From positions 333,746,001 through 333,810,000 of the forward strand of contig OZ024740.1 of NCBI GenBank assembly GCA_964016885.1: a stretch of 64,000 nt of DNA. The letters are read 5' to 3'. Positions 22,298-36,234 of the stretch are shown in pieces. The stretch is from Eledone cirrhosa (taxonomy: Eukaryota). The translations under genes and the position numbers were made by a program. Every line of letters starts with the position of its first letter. Position 1 is the first letter of the stretch. The notes beneath the pieces were generated by a model. That model was not told where the DNA came from, searched no databases, and saw only the letters and a list, made by a program, of their open reading frames with translations.

Positions 22298-25200
22298 AAT
22301 AATAATAATAATAATAATAATAGTAATCATAATAATAATGATTTCATTTATTGGCCACAAGGGCCGATATATAGGTGAGAATACAAAAGACTGGGACAGT
22401 GGGGTTTTACAGAAAAATCGAGTAAACAATATGAATAACAATAACAAAGTAACAATAACAAAGTAACAATAAAGTAACAATAAAATTACAAGAAAGAATT
22501 CCCCAATAGGGGGGATGACCACCCAGGGTTCGCTCAGGTAACCCACCAAACCTGAACGACCCGACGCTTCGAGAGCACCCTGGAATGGCACTCCTCTCCT
22601 CCTCAAATTTACCTACCTACAGCCCTATGACCAGAGTAGGCCCACTCACACGGGCCATTCTCCCCACATTCACCCACCTTTCAGCAAATGTACTGGGGGG
22701 CTGTACTTCTCTCTCCACCCTCACCTTCCTTTCCAAGTGAAACTTGAAAAAGTTGATGAGGGATTGGCCGAAGAGAAAAGTGTCTGTCTTTAGTCCTTTC
22801 AACCTCGTCCACCATACAACCTCTTTCGCTACTGCCACCAGACATAGGAAAATTGCCTGCCCTTCCTGGCCAAAAGAAGGCGGCGGGTCGATCTTCACTA
22901 TGGACTCGGCCGATAGCCGGATCCGTTCTGCACGCGACAACAGCTGTTCAACATAACTCCAAAAGTCAGTAATGCACGGACACTGGAGGAGTACGTGCAG
23001 AGCGGTTTCGTCGCTCTGTGCGCATCTCGGGCATGTCCGTCTGACAGCACTTCCGTGCCTGTAGAGTTTATCTCGAACTGGCAGTGCCCCCCGGTAGCAC
23101 TGCCAAGCGAGGGATTTTTGGAAATGATCCATCGTTCCCGGCTCGAAAGTTCTCCGGTAGAAACTGGTTAGTTAGACTTCGTTGACTCCCAGAACCTCTC
23201 TGAGTGTGTCGTCGCACTTGCCCACCACTAATCCTCTATAGAACTCGAGATTGGAAATTCCACTGACCGCATTGCCCGCCTGGTAGAAGGCAGTGAGTGC
23301 CTGGCAACATTCCAGATACCAGTCACCCAGTCTGGGTCTCTTCTTGACCCAGGTTTGCAGCTCAGTCAAAGAAACGAGCTGCAGAAAAGTCCGTCTGACA
23401 AACGGCGATCACACCTGTTCACCGTTTAGGCAGAATATCTGGAGATGCCGCAGCCTTAGCCAGGGCATGCCCAGCCCTCCACGTAAAGGGTGCTAGCAGC
23501 AGATGGACCGCCTCAACAGCGGAAGCGCTCCAAGATGGCGAGGCGTGAACGGGGGCAAGGGGCGACGGTCAGACGGTAGTAGATGACGGAGGCGATGTAC
23601 GCGTTCGCCACTTCCGCCCGACATTTCAGTGATAGCTTCCTCCCAGCCATTTGTGGGTGAGACTGGCTACCCTGCCCGTCACCTCATCCCAATTCTTATC
23701 CACCTGGAGGTCTGGCCCGAACCAAACCCCGAGCAACTTTACGGGTCCGTCCATCCAGCGCCTAACGACGCCGTTGGACGGCATGGACTTGCCTCTCCAG
23801 GTGCCGAGTTGCAAGCCCACCGAATTTTCCGGGTGAAGTTTTCCTCCCGTCAACCTTTCATATTCCTCCAATAAGTTGCCGACCACCTCGATTTCTGAGG
23901 TGTCTGACACCATTACGGTGATGTCGTCCACATAAGCCGACACATCCTTTCCGCATCCCGGTTGGAGCGGGATGCCCTGCAACAGCTCCAGCTTCCGCAG
24001 TAAAGGCTCGAGAGTCAATGCATACAGAAGGGAGGGGAGAGGGCACCCTCGACGGACCGATCAGGAGACCTGAAACGGTTCCGAAAGGTGGCCATTAATT
24101 TTGACCATCGAGCAGGTGCCGCTGTGCATTGCAGCGATCCAGCATCCGAAGACGAGGGCGAAGCCAGCCGCCTTGAGGACAGCCTCCAGGTACCGATGGT
24201 CGACCCTATCGTATGCTTTCGATCGAGCTAAATTGATCAGAGCCCCACCGAAGCCAGGTTTACACCCTACCCTCTCTATGATGTATCGCATTAGGTGGAG
24301 TTTGTCGTGTATGGACCTTGTTGGGATTGCGCAAGTTTGCGCCTCCCCACCCCAAATCCCCGACGACAAGCGCCAACATCTTCGCTAACACCCTGGCCAA
24401 AATCTTAAACTCTGTGTTGAGCAGAGTTATGGGCCTGAAATTGTCCAATGTGTCCGTCTTCTAGAGGGCTTCAAGGAGATTGGAGAACAAGTCTGGCATA
24501 TTTACGTAAAGCTCGTAGGGCAGACCATACAAACCGGGTGACTTGCGCCTCATGAAGCCGACAAGGGCATCCTGAATCTCGGCTGAAGTAATTGGCCTGT
24601 CGCAGGGCCCAGCGTCAGCCGTCGAGAGTTGCGGCAAGCCATCGAGGTAGGGACTGAAGTCCGGCACCATCTCTGACCCGTCACTTCCCCCGAACAACCG
24701 AGAAAAAATGTTGGCGGATGGCCTCACACATCCGCTTGGAAACGCTCAGCTCGTGTCCGTCTCGGTCCGTCAAAGACCGAATCGTGGTTTTATTACCACG
24801 CTGCGCCTCTGCCACGCGGGCCCATCGAACAGCTTAGGTCCCCGTGTTTCTCAGAGCACCCGCCTTAGCTCTGACAATGCAACCTTCGTGTTTCGCATTC
24901 AAGAAATGGTCTAATGCCATTCTCGCCGCTAACACATCAGTTGCAATGCCACTACCAATAGCCTCGTCTAACTTATCTACCAACTCCCCCTCCTTTCTAT
25001 TTTTCTCTAACGCTACTTCTTTACTAAACTCTATCGACATTACTCTAATCTCTCTTTTGAGAGCCCCCCACCATCTATTGTTTACGACTCCCCCTGTCAG
25101 CTTTTTCTTAACTAAATTGTTAACCTGGTCCCTGTAAGCCTTACGTACCGGAAATGACTTGTTTAGCTTCCAGTAACCAGGTCCTAACCTACGCGTCTTA

Positions 25201-28113
25201 TTAGATCGACCATACAGATCACAAACTTGTGATCTGAATAGGCGACCGTTTCAAAACGTGGACAGCTTACACTATTTCTGTCTATTTTCCTAATGAATAT
25301 CCTGTCTATATACGATCTAGATGACCCTATGCGGTTAGCCCAAGTCCAGACTGGCGCATTAGGGAAATCTAGTCGGTACCTGTCAGAGAGTTGGAACTGG
25401 CTGATCAGGTTCTTGAGGCTTGTGCACCCCCCCCCCCGCTCCTATCTGATACTCCCACACAGTCCCAGCGAGCGTCTAAGATGCTGTTCCAGTCCCCGCT
25501 AACAGTAAAGGGCGAAACGTACCCAGCAAGGCTTCCAGGCGTCTAAAGAAGTCCGGCCGTCCTTTCCCAGTAGGAGCATAGACGGCCACCAGTCTAAAGG
25601 CACCATCTTCGTTATTGTTCACATCCAGGACCACGAACTTCCCGTCCGTGTCCCGGAAGATCGACCTTACCTCGAGATCCAGGCCTTTCCTAAACAGCAC
25701 TGCCACCTGGCCTCGCATTCCCGGCCGGCTAACAGATGCAAAGATCTGATAGTCGTCGAAAATGGGGCTAGTGTGCGCGTGTAGGAAATCCTGGTCTCGC
25801 TGACGGCAATTACATCCATTTCTAGATACCTGAGGTCATTGAGCAGGTGACCCTGCTTCCAGGACGATCCCAGGCCTCGAACATTTAAACATCCTACTCT
25901 TAATACGGCCATATTGGCAGGTTTAAAAGAGAGAGAGGAAAGGTTTACTTACCTTCCGGGCTCTTGTGAAGGTCGGGTTGTTCGACCTCCATAGTTGGTG
26001 GGGTTTCTTTTGGGAACCCCTTTAAAAGTCTTGAAGTTGGTTTTACGTTCGGGGTTCCCACGTTCCGAGGAAAGCTGTCTCGTATTTCTTTGTATAATTC
26101 GATCGACATTCGCACCAAAACCAAATCTTCCGGCACGCGAAATGTGCTCGATTTAAAATGTTCCCCTCTTTTTGTATATTTTCACTTCGTGCTACGATGG
26201 CCATCAGTTCCTTGTTGGCCCTCCTGATGAGCACGAAGTTTTGTATGTTTTGTTGGTGTGATTTTATTTGTTTGCGTGGTTGTGGTAGTGATGGTTTTGG
26301 TGGTGTTGTTTCGGTTGTCTGTGTTTGTTGTGAGTGCGGTGTCTGTGGTTTCAGATGTTTGTGTGTATATTTGTTCTTGCGTCTGTTTAGGTTGTGTACG
26401 TTTGGGGGATTCCGGTGATGGTGATGGTGGTGTTGATGTTGGTGTTAGTGGAGAGATGTTTGCGTGCGTGGTGTCTGCGATTTTATTGTGGGTGATTTTG
26501 TGCTTTCTTTTTGTGTTTCCTTTTTTGTAATTTGGGGGATTTTGGTTTTCCCTCATCTTCACTACTGGTAGATGAGGGGTCTGTGCCTGTAAGTGTGTAT
26601 GTATGTATGTTTATGGTTTTATTGGTGTGTGTATTTTTTTTTGACAGCTTTCCTCGTTTCCCCTCTTTGTGGTGAATGTTGTTAGTGGTCTTTCTATTAG
26701 TGTTGTTGTTGGTGGTTTTGCCGGTGCTGGTGCTGGTTGTGGTCCTCGCCCTGGCGTCGGCAGCAGTGGAGCCTTTCGACCCCTTGCCTCTTTCAGCAGT
26801 CGAGGGCAGAAGGCTCGCAAATGGGTTTTTTCCCCACAAACAAAACACTGCAGCCTTTTGCCTTCGGTCATAATGTGAATGACCGTCCCATTCTGAAGGC
26901 GGATGTGGTCCGGGATTGTCTTCACATTCTCGGGCCTGATCTGGAGAAGGATCTCCAGGTTAACCCCGGACCAGTCCTCTCTGGCCGTTCTAGTCACTCC
27001 TATAGGGACGGTATCCGTCCCCTCCACAATCACACATCCCAGAAGCCACCACATGTCACGTTCTAGTGGGATTCTTGGAATGCGGAGACGGGCCGTTCTT
27101 TTTCCCATGCGGGAGGGGTACATTATGACCTTGCTGGTTTTGCAAGGAGTCATAGCGTGTGACATAGCGAGGGCTTCTGACTTGAACAACACCGAAATTG
27201 TGCCGTACTATCTGCCCCTCTCTATGTATTCGGTGTCTACACTGATGCACCTCAGCGCGACTTCGACATCTTCTTGTGGGATTAAAGCTGCCCTTTTGGT
27301 TTGTGCTGAGATGCATCTATAATGCACCGTTCTGCGCTCCACTGCCTCAATAGCTTCTACCGGGAAAGTTAAGTTGGCCCAGGTTTGCTCTTGCTTGATG
27401 AGCTTTCATGCCTGGGCCAACTTTTCATCTTTGTTTGAGAGGTCCATGTTGAAGCATCGCCTCTTTTTTGCTTCTGCCGCAGCGAAAGTGTTCTTCTTGT
27501 TTTCGTTGGGGATGTTGTTGTCGTTGTTGTTGTTATTGTTGGTGTTGTTGTTATCACTGTCTCTGTTATCATTGTTGTCTTTGTTGCCACCGTTGTTCTC
27601 GGTGCAGTTGGTATTGTTGCTGTTGGTGGTGTCGCTATTTGTTTTCATGTTAGTGGTGTTGATATTGTTGTTGCATTTGTTATTTTTTTTTGTTATCTGT
27701 ATTTTCGGTGTCGCTGTTACTGTCATTTTTTTCAAAATTAGAGTTCTCATTGGTATCATTGGTGTCTTTGTTTACATTGTTTGTGGTGGTATTTGTGTTA
27801 TCAATTTGTGTTAATTTCGCTCTAGTGCTCCTCTCAACTTCTACCTCGTTGTCGCACGACAGCAAACATATCGCTGCGGGGGCGGGGGCCTGGCTCAGCC
27901 ATGTTTTTTTTTTCTCCGTAAATTTTTTAACATGTAAAAAAAAAAGTTCAAATATTTGGGCCAAAAGGCCCAAATATTATACTTTCCCCTTCACAGGGCA
28001 AAGTCTAAGGGCTTATATCCCTTACACAACAAGAAATATTTAACAACAAATAATTTTAACAGGCAGATAAAGCGACTTACTGGGAGCGAGCGAAAAAGAC
28101 GTCCGAACAGACC
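22298..28113 (-). mobile_element. L1/Tx1-clade LINE, lineage B copy 1 (degenerate)
   Basis: ORF1 fragment with CFVCGEKTHLRAFC (26611-27192). APE start MAVLRVGCLNVRGL (25912). RT fragments FRPITLLNTEFKILA and SAYVDD. C-terminal zinc finger at 22617-23132. (TTA)n tail. Confidence 0.93.
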
Positions 28114-28136
28114 AATAATAATATTAATAATAATAA

Positions 28137-28622
28137 CAGAAACGATCAGGTGAAGGTGCTGTGGGATCTTAAGATACAGACGGACATGAAACTGGAACAC
28201 AATAGACCTGTCCTGGTGGTTTTGGACAAGGATAACATATTGTGCCTGATTGTGGATGTGGCTTGCCCATTCGACACGAGAGTGCAAGAGAAGGAGAGGC
28301 AGAAAATTAACCGATACCAGGACTTAAAGTGGGAGGTAAAAAGGATTTGGAACTGCCATGAAGTTAAAGTCGTCCCGATTGTCATAGGTGCACTAGGTAC
28401 TATCTCAAAGAGTTTCCAGTGATGGTTAAAGAAAATTAGTCCAGCCCTGCTTTTTGGGTCACTTCAAAGGCATGCATGCTGGGAACAGCAAGAAACCCTC
28501 CGATACGTCCTGAATATCTGAGGCTGCAAGTAGTGGCTTGATATTCATTTCAACAAACTTTCCACTTAATTAACACCAATGACTGAGACTCAAAGAACAA
28601 TCATAATAATAATAATAATAAT
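28137..28622 (+). mobile_element. 5'-truncated R4/Dong-like RLE LINE (endonuclease end, 3' UTR, (TAA)n tail)
   Basis: LWDLKIQTD..LEHNRP..VV.DK...LIVDVACPFD...E..KI.RYQDL...VVPIVIGALG is an RLE C-terminus. (TAA)n on both sides. Confidence 0.88.
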
Positions 28623-28629
28623 ATTTTTT

Positions 28630-29179
28630 ATACTTATATATACACAATATATAATTATAAACAGGAACGATCAGTAATTCATTACTACCTTGTTATCACT
28701 AAGAAAAATAGCTCAATGTAAATACATCAAATGTTTTACAGAATCGGAATATAAATTACAGAATAATCAAAACTATGTTCAAAACATGTTTTTGCTGACA
28801 ACCGTTTCTTCCAAAACTTTCGTTTTGAATCATGGTATCACTAGTAAAGTTTAGACATACAGTTAACCTCCTATTCCACAGAACAATCGTAAAGATACAT
28901 AGATCTTAGTGTTGTCATTAGCAGTGTCATATTTGTTGTATTATTATTTTATAATCTTTGTCGCATCCACTGATACTGACCACATCATCTTCACACTTTA
29001 AATATGACACTGCTAATGACGACCCTAACATGCATGTATCATTACGATTTTTCTGTGGAATAGGAGGTTAATTATATGTCTAAACTTTGCTAGTGCTCCG
29101 ATAATTCAAAACGAAAGTTTGGAAGAAACGATTGTCAGCAGTACAATGTTTTGAACATAGTTTTGATTATTCTGTAATT

Positions 29180-29184
<5 letters not shown>
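28630..29184. mobile_element. Non-coding inverted-repeat element (arms 28749-28934 and 29000-29184), same family as 8744-9705, with variant HHR at 29091-29143
   Basis: Arms are reverse complements (ctatgttcaaaacat/atgttttgaacatag; ttagcagtgtcatattt/aaatatgacactgctaa). Motif reads gct-CCGATAA-t-tcaaaac(GAAA)gtttgga-a-GAAAC-gatt-GTC^agc. Confidence 0.82.
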
Positions 29185-29423
<239 letters not shown>

Positions 29424-29511
29424 ATATAACAGGTAAACAAAAATAACAACATAATCGGTACAGTATATGGAAGTAATATATTAGGTTAACGCTATGAATA
29501 GCAGGAAGATG

Positions 29512-29547
29512 ACTTAACTTTCCAGACGCTAGTCTTTCATCAGAAGT
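29512..29547 (-). ncRNA. Minimal HHR-like motif lacking a stable stem III
   Basis: Minus strand reads actt-CTGATGA-a-agac(tagc)gtct-g-GAAA-gtt-aagt. Confidence 0.5.
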
Positions 29548-29762
29548 AAGAATCAGAAATATGTTAGATTGAAGGGACGTGCGGGGTGGAGTTCGTCAAA
29601 ATGTCTTTAGATAAAAATAACACGTCTATTCATGTTTATATCTCTTGGAAAACCTTTGACGTTGGCCTTTTCTGTATGATTTTTTTTTTTTGAAAAATAG
29701 ATGGAGGAGCTATACATGAAGTAAAATAAACCGGTTAAAATTACCTTCGTTCATTAACAATC

Positions 29763-29821
29763 GCTGTTATAAATAATTCGGTGATAGCCGTTATGCAACA
29801 ACTATGACCTCATCAGACAGC
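29763..29821 (-). ncRNA. Type I HHR-like motif, one substitution from canonical (GAAU instead of GAAA)
   Basis: Minus strand reads gctgt-CTGATGA-ggt c atagttgtt(gcat)aacggctat c acc-GAAT-tatttata-acagc. Stems I and II pair well. Confidence 0.65.
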
Positions 29822-30149
29822 TATATGTTTATCAGAAAAAGCAAACAAAAATCATAAAGATGAAATAAAACGTAGTTCTGTTGTAGAAGTGGTTCCTTCC
29901 TATTGGTCAGATTTAGCTTCACCCTCCATCAACAAGTCTATTGAATTTCTAAGTGGTGCCACTGTCAGAGATGTGGCTTCACCGTTTTTCAGGAATTAGA
30001 TCAGTCAGGGACAGGTTTTGTCTTCACGTTGTTACATCAGTTGGGTTTGTTTTCTATAGTAACAATAACCGAAGATACATTGATTTATTTGACCTTGGTA
30101 GTCACTAGTAGTGATAGTATTGTTAATATCGTACTAATAATGATAATAA

Positions 30150-33100
30150 CTTTAAGCTGTTTTAAAGTGTAATTTTTTTGTATTTTCTTGTCGCTAACGA
30201 AACTTAAGGTACACATCTTGATTTAAAGAGAGGGATACCTCTCAATATTCGGGCTTTAAGCCCGAATATTCAGATTTATTTTTAAAAACTTCGAAAAGAT
30301 CGCTTCCCCACCAAAAGAAAATTATGGAAATTTTCGACCTTGAAACGGTAAACAACTTTCAGGTCAACAGTTTAAAGGCAGCCACTGCATATTTCACCAC
30401 GACTACGACGGCTACAGTCATGCCTGTCATCCACTCTACTGAATGTGAAGGCAACACTCAAAAGCTACCATCACAACCTTCTGCCATAGCAGCAGTATCA
30501 TCTGAAAACGACATCACCACCACCGCCACCACCACCACCCCAACAACAATTCAGAGCAATAACGACAATAACACCGACAGCTTCAATGTAAACAATGACG
30601 GTGGCAACAGCAAGAATGACAACAACAACAATAAGAGCATCAGAAACACCACATTTGCTGCTGTTGCAGCAAAAACAAAGCGCTTATTGAATATTGATAT
30701 TGATATTAGCGATAAAGACGAACAGTTGGCCAAAGCTTGGAGGCTAATTAAACGGGAGAAGTCCTGGGAAAACCTGACCATCCCGGACGAAGCAATAGCG
30801 GCTATGCAAAGGAGGACGGTGCTCTTTCGATGTATTTTGGTGCAGACACGAAAAGTGGAACTTGCGAGCCAAGCAGGGGTAGAGGCTGCTTTGGAGTACA
30901 TCGGAAGTAACATAGAGTACAAAGCAAGAGGCAAACAGTTCGGTACCATCTCGGTACTGTTCAAAACCGAGGCCCTCGCTATTAAGCACTCGGTGACCCC
31001 CTGCAGAACGGAACGCATTATCATGCATCCGTCCTATATGGGTAAAAGGACAGTGAAGGTACGCATTCCCAGCATCCCACCAGGAATGAACATATGGTGA
31101 CTGCTGGGATGCGTAATCGAGGAGGGGACAGACACTACCCTCCTGGACATCAAAAGGACAGAGAGAGAGGACTGGTCCGGAATGGATTTGGAGATTCTTC
31201 TCCAAATGATACCGGAGGAGTTGAATAACATCCCGGATTTTGCCCGCCTGCAGGACGGAACAATCCAACTAATGATTGACGGAAAAAGGCCACGCTGCTT
31301 CGTCTGCGGGGAAGCAACGCATCTTCAAGCCTTCTGCCCTCAGCGCAAAAATGCAGGGTGTCGCAAACCTCCTTTGTTGCCAACGCCAGTGTCAGCACGG
31401 AAAGCTGCACCACCACCACCACCAAAAACAACATCAACAAAAGCACGGACACCAACATCAAAAGCAGCCGGATCACCACCAACACCAAAACCAATCCAAG
31501 GAGAAAACGAGGAAAGCTCTCCCACTCCCCCTACCCCCCCCCCCCCAATTATACACATAGACAAAACAATAAACGCGCACACAGACACAGAGACACTCAC
31601 AGACACGGACCCTTTGTCTTCCAGCAGCGAAGATGAAGGAAAACCCAAAAGTGCAAAAAAAACAGAGAAAACTAACATAAAAAAAGCCCCAACAAAACAC
31701 AAAAACACACACAACAAAAAAATACAGACACCACTAACGCAAACACTTCCCCAATAACATCATCACCAACAGCAACATCGACACCACCTCCACAATCCCC
31801 GAAATGCAAACATCCTAAACAAACACAAGTACAAATAAACACACAAATACCTGAAATTGCAGACACCACACCTACAACAAACATAGACATACCCGAAACA
31901 ACACCACCAAAACCATAGTCACCACCTTCACCAAAACGAAAACAAATAAAACCACACCAACAAAATGTTTAAAACTTCGTGCTTGTCAGAAGGGACAACG
32001 ATAAACTGATGGCCCTCTTAGCGCGAAGCGAGGACATTCAAACAGAGGGGGAGATTTTTGAAATAAGCACATTTTGCGTGCCAGAAGATTTGCTTCTGGT
32101 CCGAATGTCACTCAATTCCTTCAAAGAATTTCGAGAGAGCTTTCCTCAAGGCGTGGGAACCCCGAATGTGAAACCCACATCAAGACTTTTAAAGGGGTTC
32201 TCAAAAGAAACCCCACCAAGCATGGAGGTCGAACCACCCGACCTTCACAAGACCCGGGAGGTAAGTAAACATTCCCTCTTTCTCTCTTAGCTTACCAATA
32301 TGGCCATATTAAGAGTAGGAAGTTTAAATGTTCGCGGCCTGGGGTCACCCTGGAAGCAGGATCGCCTGCTCAACGACCTCCGGTCGCTGGAAATGGATGT
32401 GATTGCCGTAAGCGAGACCAGAATTTCCGACACGCGCGCACTAGCCCCCATTTTCGACGACTATCAGATCTTCGCATCTGTTAGCAGGCCGGGAATGGGG
32501 GGGGGGGGAGTGCTGTTTAGGAAAGGACTGGATCTCGTGGTAAGGTCGATCTTCCGGGACCCGGACGGTAAGTTGGTGGTCTTGGATGTGAGCAGTAGCG
32601 AAGGTGGTGCCTTTAGACTGCTGGCCGTCTACGCCCCTACAGGGGCCGGACGACCTGACTTCTTTAGGCGCCTGGAGACCTTTCTGGATACGTCTCGCCC
32701 TTTACTGTTAGCGGGGGACTGGAATGGCATCTTAGACGCACGCTGGGATTTTTGGGAGTAGCCGATAGGAGCGGGGGGTGCAAAAGCCTCAAGCACCTAC
32801 TCAGCCAGTTCCAACTGTCTGACACGTATCGACTAGATTTCCCCAATGTGCCAGTATGGACATGGACCAACCGAATGGGGTCATCTAGATCGTATATAGA
32901 CAGGATCTTCATTAGGAAAATAGATAGAAATAGTGTGGGCTGTCCACTTTTTAAAACTATCGCCTATTCAGATCACAAATTTGTGATCTGTAGGGTCGAC
33001 CTAAATAAAACGCGTAGGTTAGGACCGGGTGACTGGAAGCTGAACATGTCATTTCCGGCACGTAAGGCTTACAGGGACCGAGTCAACAATTTAGTCAAGC

Positions 33101-35988
33101 AAAAGTTGACAGGGGGATCATCAACAACAGATGGTGGGGGGCTCTCAAAAGAGAGATTAGAGTAACTTCGATAGAGTTCAGCAAAGAACTAGCGTTAGAG
33201 AAAAATAGAAAGGAGAGGGAGCTGGTAGATAAATTAGACGAGGCTATTTGTAGTGGCATCGCAACTGACGTGTTAGCGGCGAGAATGGCATTAGACCACT
33301 TCTTCAATGCCAAACATGAGGGTTGCATTGTTAGATCTAAGGCGCGTGCGCTGAGAAACGAGGGAACTAAAGCTGTTCGATGGGCCCGCGTGGCGGAGGC
33401 GCAGCGTGGTAATAAAACCACAATTCGGTCTTTGGCTGACCGAGACGGACACGAGATAAGCGATTCCAAGCGGATGTGTGAGGCCTTTCGCCAGCACTTT
33501 GCTCGGTTGTTCAGGGAGAGTGGCGAGTCAGAGAGAGTAGCGGATTTCAGTCCCTACCTTGACGGCTTGCCGCGCATCTCGACGGTCGACGCTGAGCGCT
33601 GCGAAAGGCCGATTACTTCAGCCGAAATTCAGGACGCCCTTGTCGGCTGCATGAGGCGCAAGTCACCCGGTTTGGATGGCCTGCCCTACGAGCTTTACGT
33701 AAATATGCCAGACTTGTTCTCCGAACTCCTCGAAGCACTCTACTGCAACTGGCAGCAGAATGGGAGTATTCCAAGTTCTGTGAGCAGGAGAGTGGTGACG
33801 CTGATAAGGAAAGACGAGAACAAGAGGGATATATTAGACAACTTCAGGCCCATAACTTTCCTCAACACAGAGTTTAAGATTTTGGCCAAGGTGTTAGCAA
33901 AGAGATTGGCGCTTGTCGTCGAGGATTTGGTTGGGGAGGCGCAAACTTGCGCAATCCCAGCCAGGTCTATACACGACAATCTCCACCTCATGCGATACAT
34001 AATAGAGAGGGTAGGGTGTAAACTTGACTTCGGTGGGGCACTGATCAATTTAGATCAATCGAAAGCATTCGATAGGGTCGACCATCGGTATCTGGAGTTT
34101 GTCCTCAAAGCAGCTGGCTTCGGCCCTGTCTTTAGAAGCTGGATCGTTGCAATGCACAGCGGCACACGCTCGGTGGTGAAGGTTAATGGCCACCTCTCGG
34201 AACCATTTCGGCTCTTCCGATCAGTCCGTCAAGGGTGCCCTCTCTCTTCCCTTCTGTACGTATTGACTCTCGAGCCTTTACTGCGGAAGCTGGAGCTGTT
34301 GCAGGGCATCCCGCTCGAACCGGGACGTGGAAAGGCGATGTCGGCTTATGCGGACGACATCACCGTGATGTCGAACACCTCAGAAATCGAGGTGGTCCTT
34401 ATTGAAGGAATATGAAAGGTTGACAGGAGCCAAACTTAACCCGGAAAAGTCGGTGGGCTTGCAGCTCGGAACCTGGAGAGGCAAGCCCATGCCGCCCAAC
34501 AGCGTCGTGGGGCGCTGGACGGACGGACCGGTAAAGTTGCTCGGGGTTTGGTTCGGACCAGACCTCCAGGTGGAAAAGAATTGGTACGAGTTCACGAGCA
34601 GAGTAGCCAGTCTCACCCAAAAATGGGCTGGGAGGAAGCTATCACTGAAAGGTCGCGCAGAGGTGGCGAATGCGTACATCGCGTCCGTCATCTACTACCG
34701 CCTAACCGTCGTGCCTTGCCTCCGTCGGCGCCTCGTCAAGTTGGAACGGCTCCTTTTCAAATTCTTGTGGAAGGGACAAGTTCCGTTGTTGAGGCGGTCC
34801 ATCTGCTGCCAGCACCCTCTACGCGGAGGGCTGGGCTGCCGTGGCTAATGATGCGCAGACATGCGTTGAAGCTGCGACATCTCCAGATATTCTGCCTCAA
34901 TGGTGAACAGGTGTGGTCGCCGTTTATCAGACGGGCCTTTCCGCAGCTCATTTCTTTGACTGAGCTGCAGTCCTGGGTCAAGAAGAGACCGAGACTGGGT
35001 GACTGGCACCTGGAATGTTGCCAGGCACTCACTGCCCTCTACCAAGCGGGCAATGCGATCAGCGGAACTTCCACTCTCGAGTTCTATAGAGGATTAGTGG
35101 TGGGCAAGTGCGATGACGCACTCGGAGAAGCTTTGGGCCTCGACGAAGTCGAACTGACCAGTCTCTACCGGAGGACTTTTGAGCCGCGGACGATGGACAA
35201 TTTCCATAAATCCTTCGCCTGGCAGTGCTACTCGAGGGCTCTGCCGGTTCGGGATAAACTCTACAGGCACGGAAATGCTGTCAGACGGACCTGCCCAAGA
35301 TGCGCACAGGACGACGAAACCGTTCTGCATGCACTTGTCCAATGTCCGTGTATTACTGACTTGTGGAGTTATGTCGAACAGCTACTGTCGCGTGTGGAAC
35401 GAATCCGGCTATCGTCCGAGCCCATAGTGAAGATCGAGCCGCCACCTTCCTTAGGTCAGGAAGAGCAGGACATTTTCCTCTGTCTGGTGGCAGTTGCGAA
35501 AGAGATTATATGGTGGACCAGGTTGAAAGGACTAAAGACAGACACTTTTCTCTTCGGCCAATTCCTCATCAACTTCTTCAAGTTTCACCTGGAAAGGAGG
35601 GTGAGGGTGGAGAGAGAAGTGCTGCCCCCCAGTACATTTGCTAAAAGGTGGGTGAATGTGGCGAGAATGGCCCGTGTGAATGGGCCTACTCTGACCATGC
35701 GTCTATAGGCTGGCTAACTTGAGGAGAGGGGTGCTCTCCCTGGGTGCCCTAGAAGCGCAGAGTGGTTCAGGATTGGTGGGGTACCCGAATCAACCCAGGG
35801 TCGCCCACCCCCTATCGGGGAATTTATTTTGTTATATTTATGCATAGTTTATTATATATTTTTATATTTTCATTGTTAAATTAGTTTTGCCATTGTGCAC
35901 TTTTACTCGACCTTATTGTAAACCCCCACTGTCCCTGTCTTTGTATTGTCCCCTACATGTCGGCCCTTGTGGCTAATAAATGAAATCA

Positions 35989-36020
<32 letters not shown>
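30150..36020 (+). mobile_element. L1/Tx1-clade LINE, lineage B copy 2 (frameshifted)
   Basis: ORF1 pieces 30324-31100 and 31182-31757 (CFVCGEATHLQAFC). ORF2 pieces 32300-35708 (APE GDWN/SDH, RT QGCPLS/YADD, zinc finger). AATAAA plus (ATT)n at 35988-36020. Confidence 0.94.
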
Positions 36021-36234
36021 GAATGCCATGGTTGACGGAGGCTCGGCTCTGTAAGGTATAGTAATTTTTAACCGTTAAAACAATTGTAAATTGTTTAAAA
36101 CTTGAACCAAATTGTTGATAAAGACACCCTCCTCCTCGTGAGAGGGGTCTTTCTGTCCGTTATTTGGCCCTTCGGGGTTAAATAACCAGTTATTGGGGTT
36201 TTGTACCCAATATTCATTTTAAACAAAAAACAAC

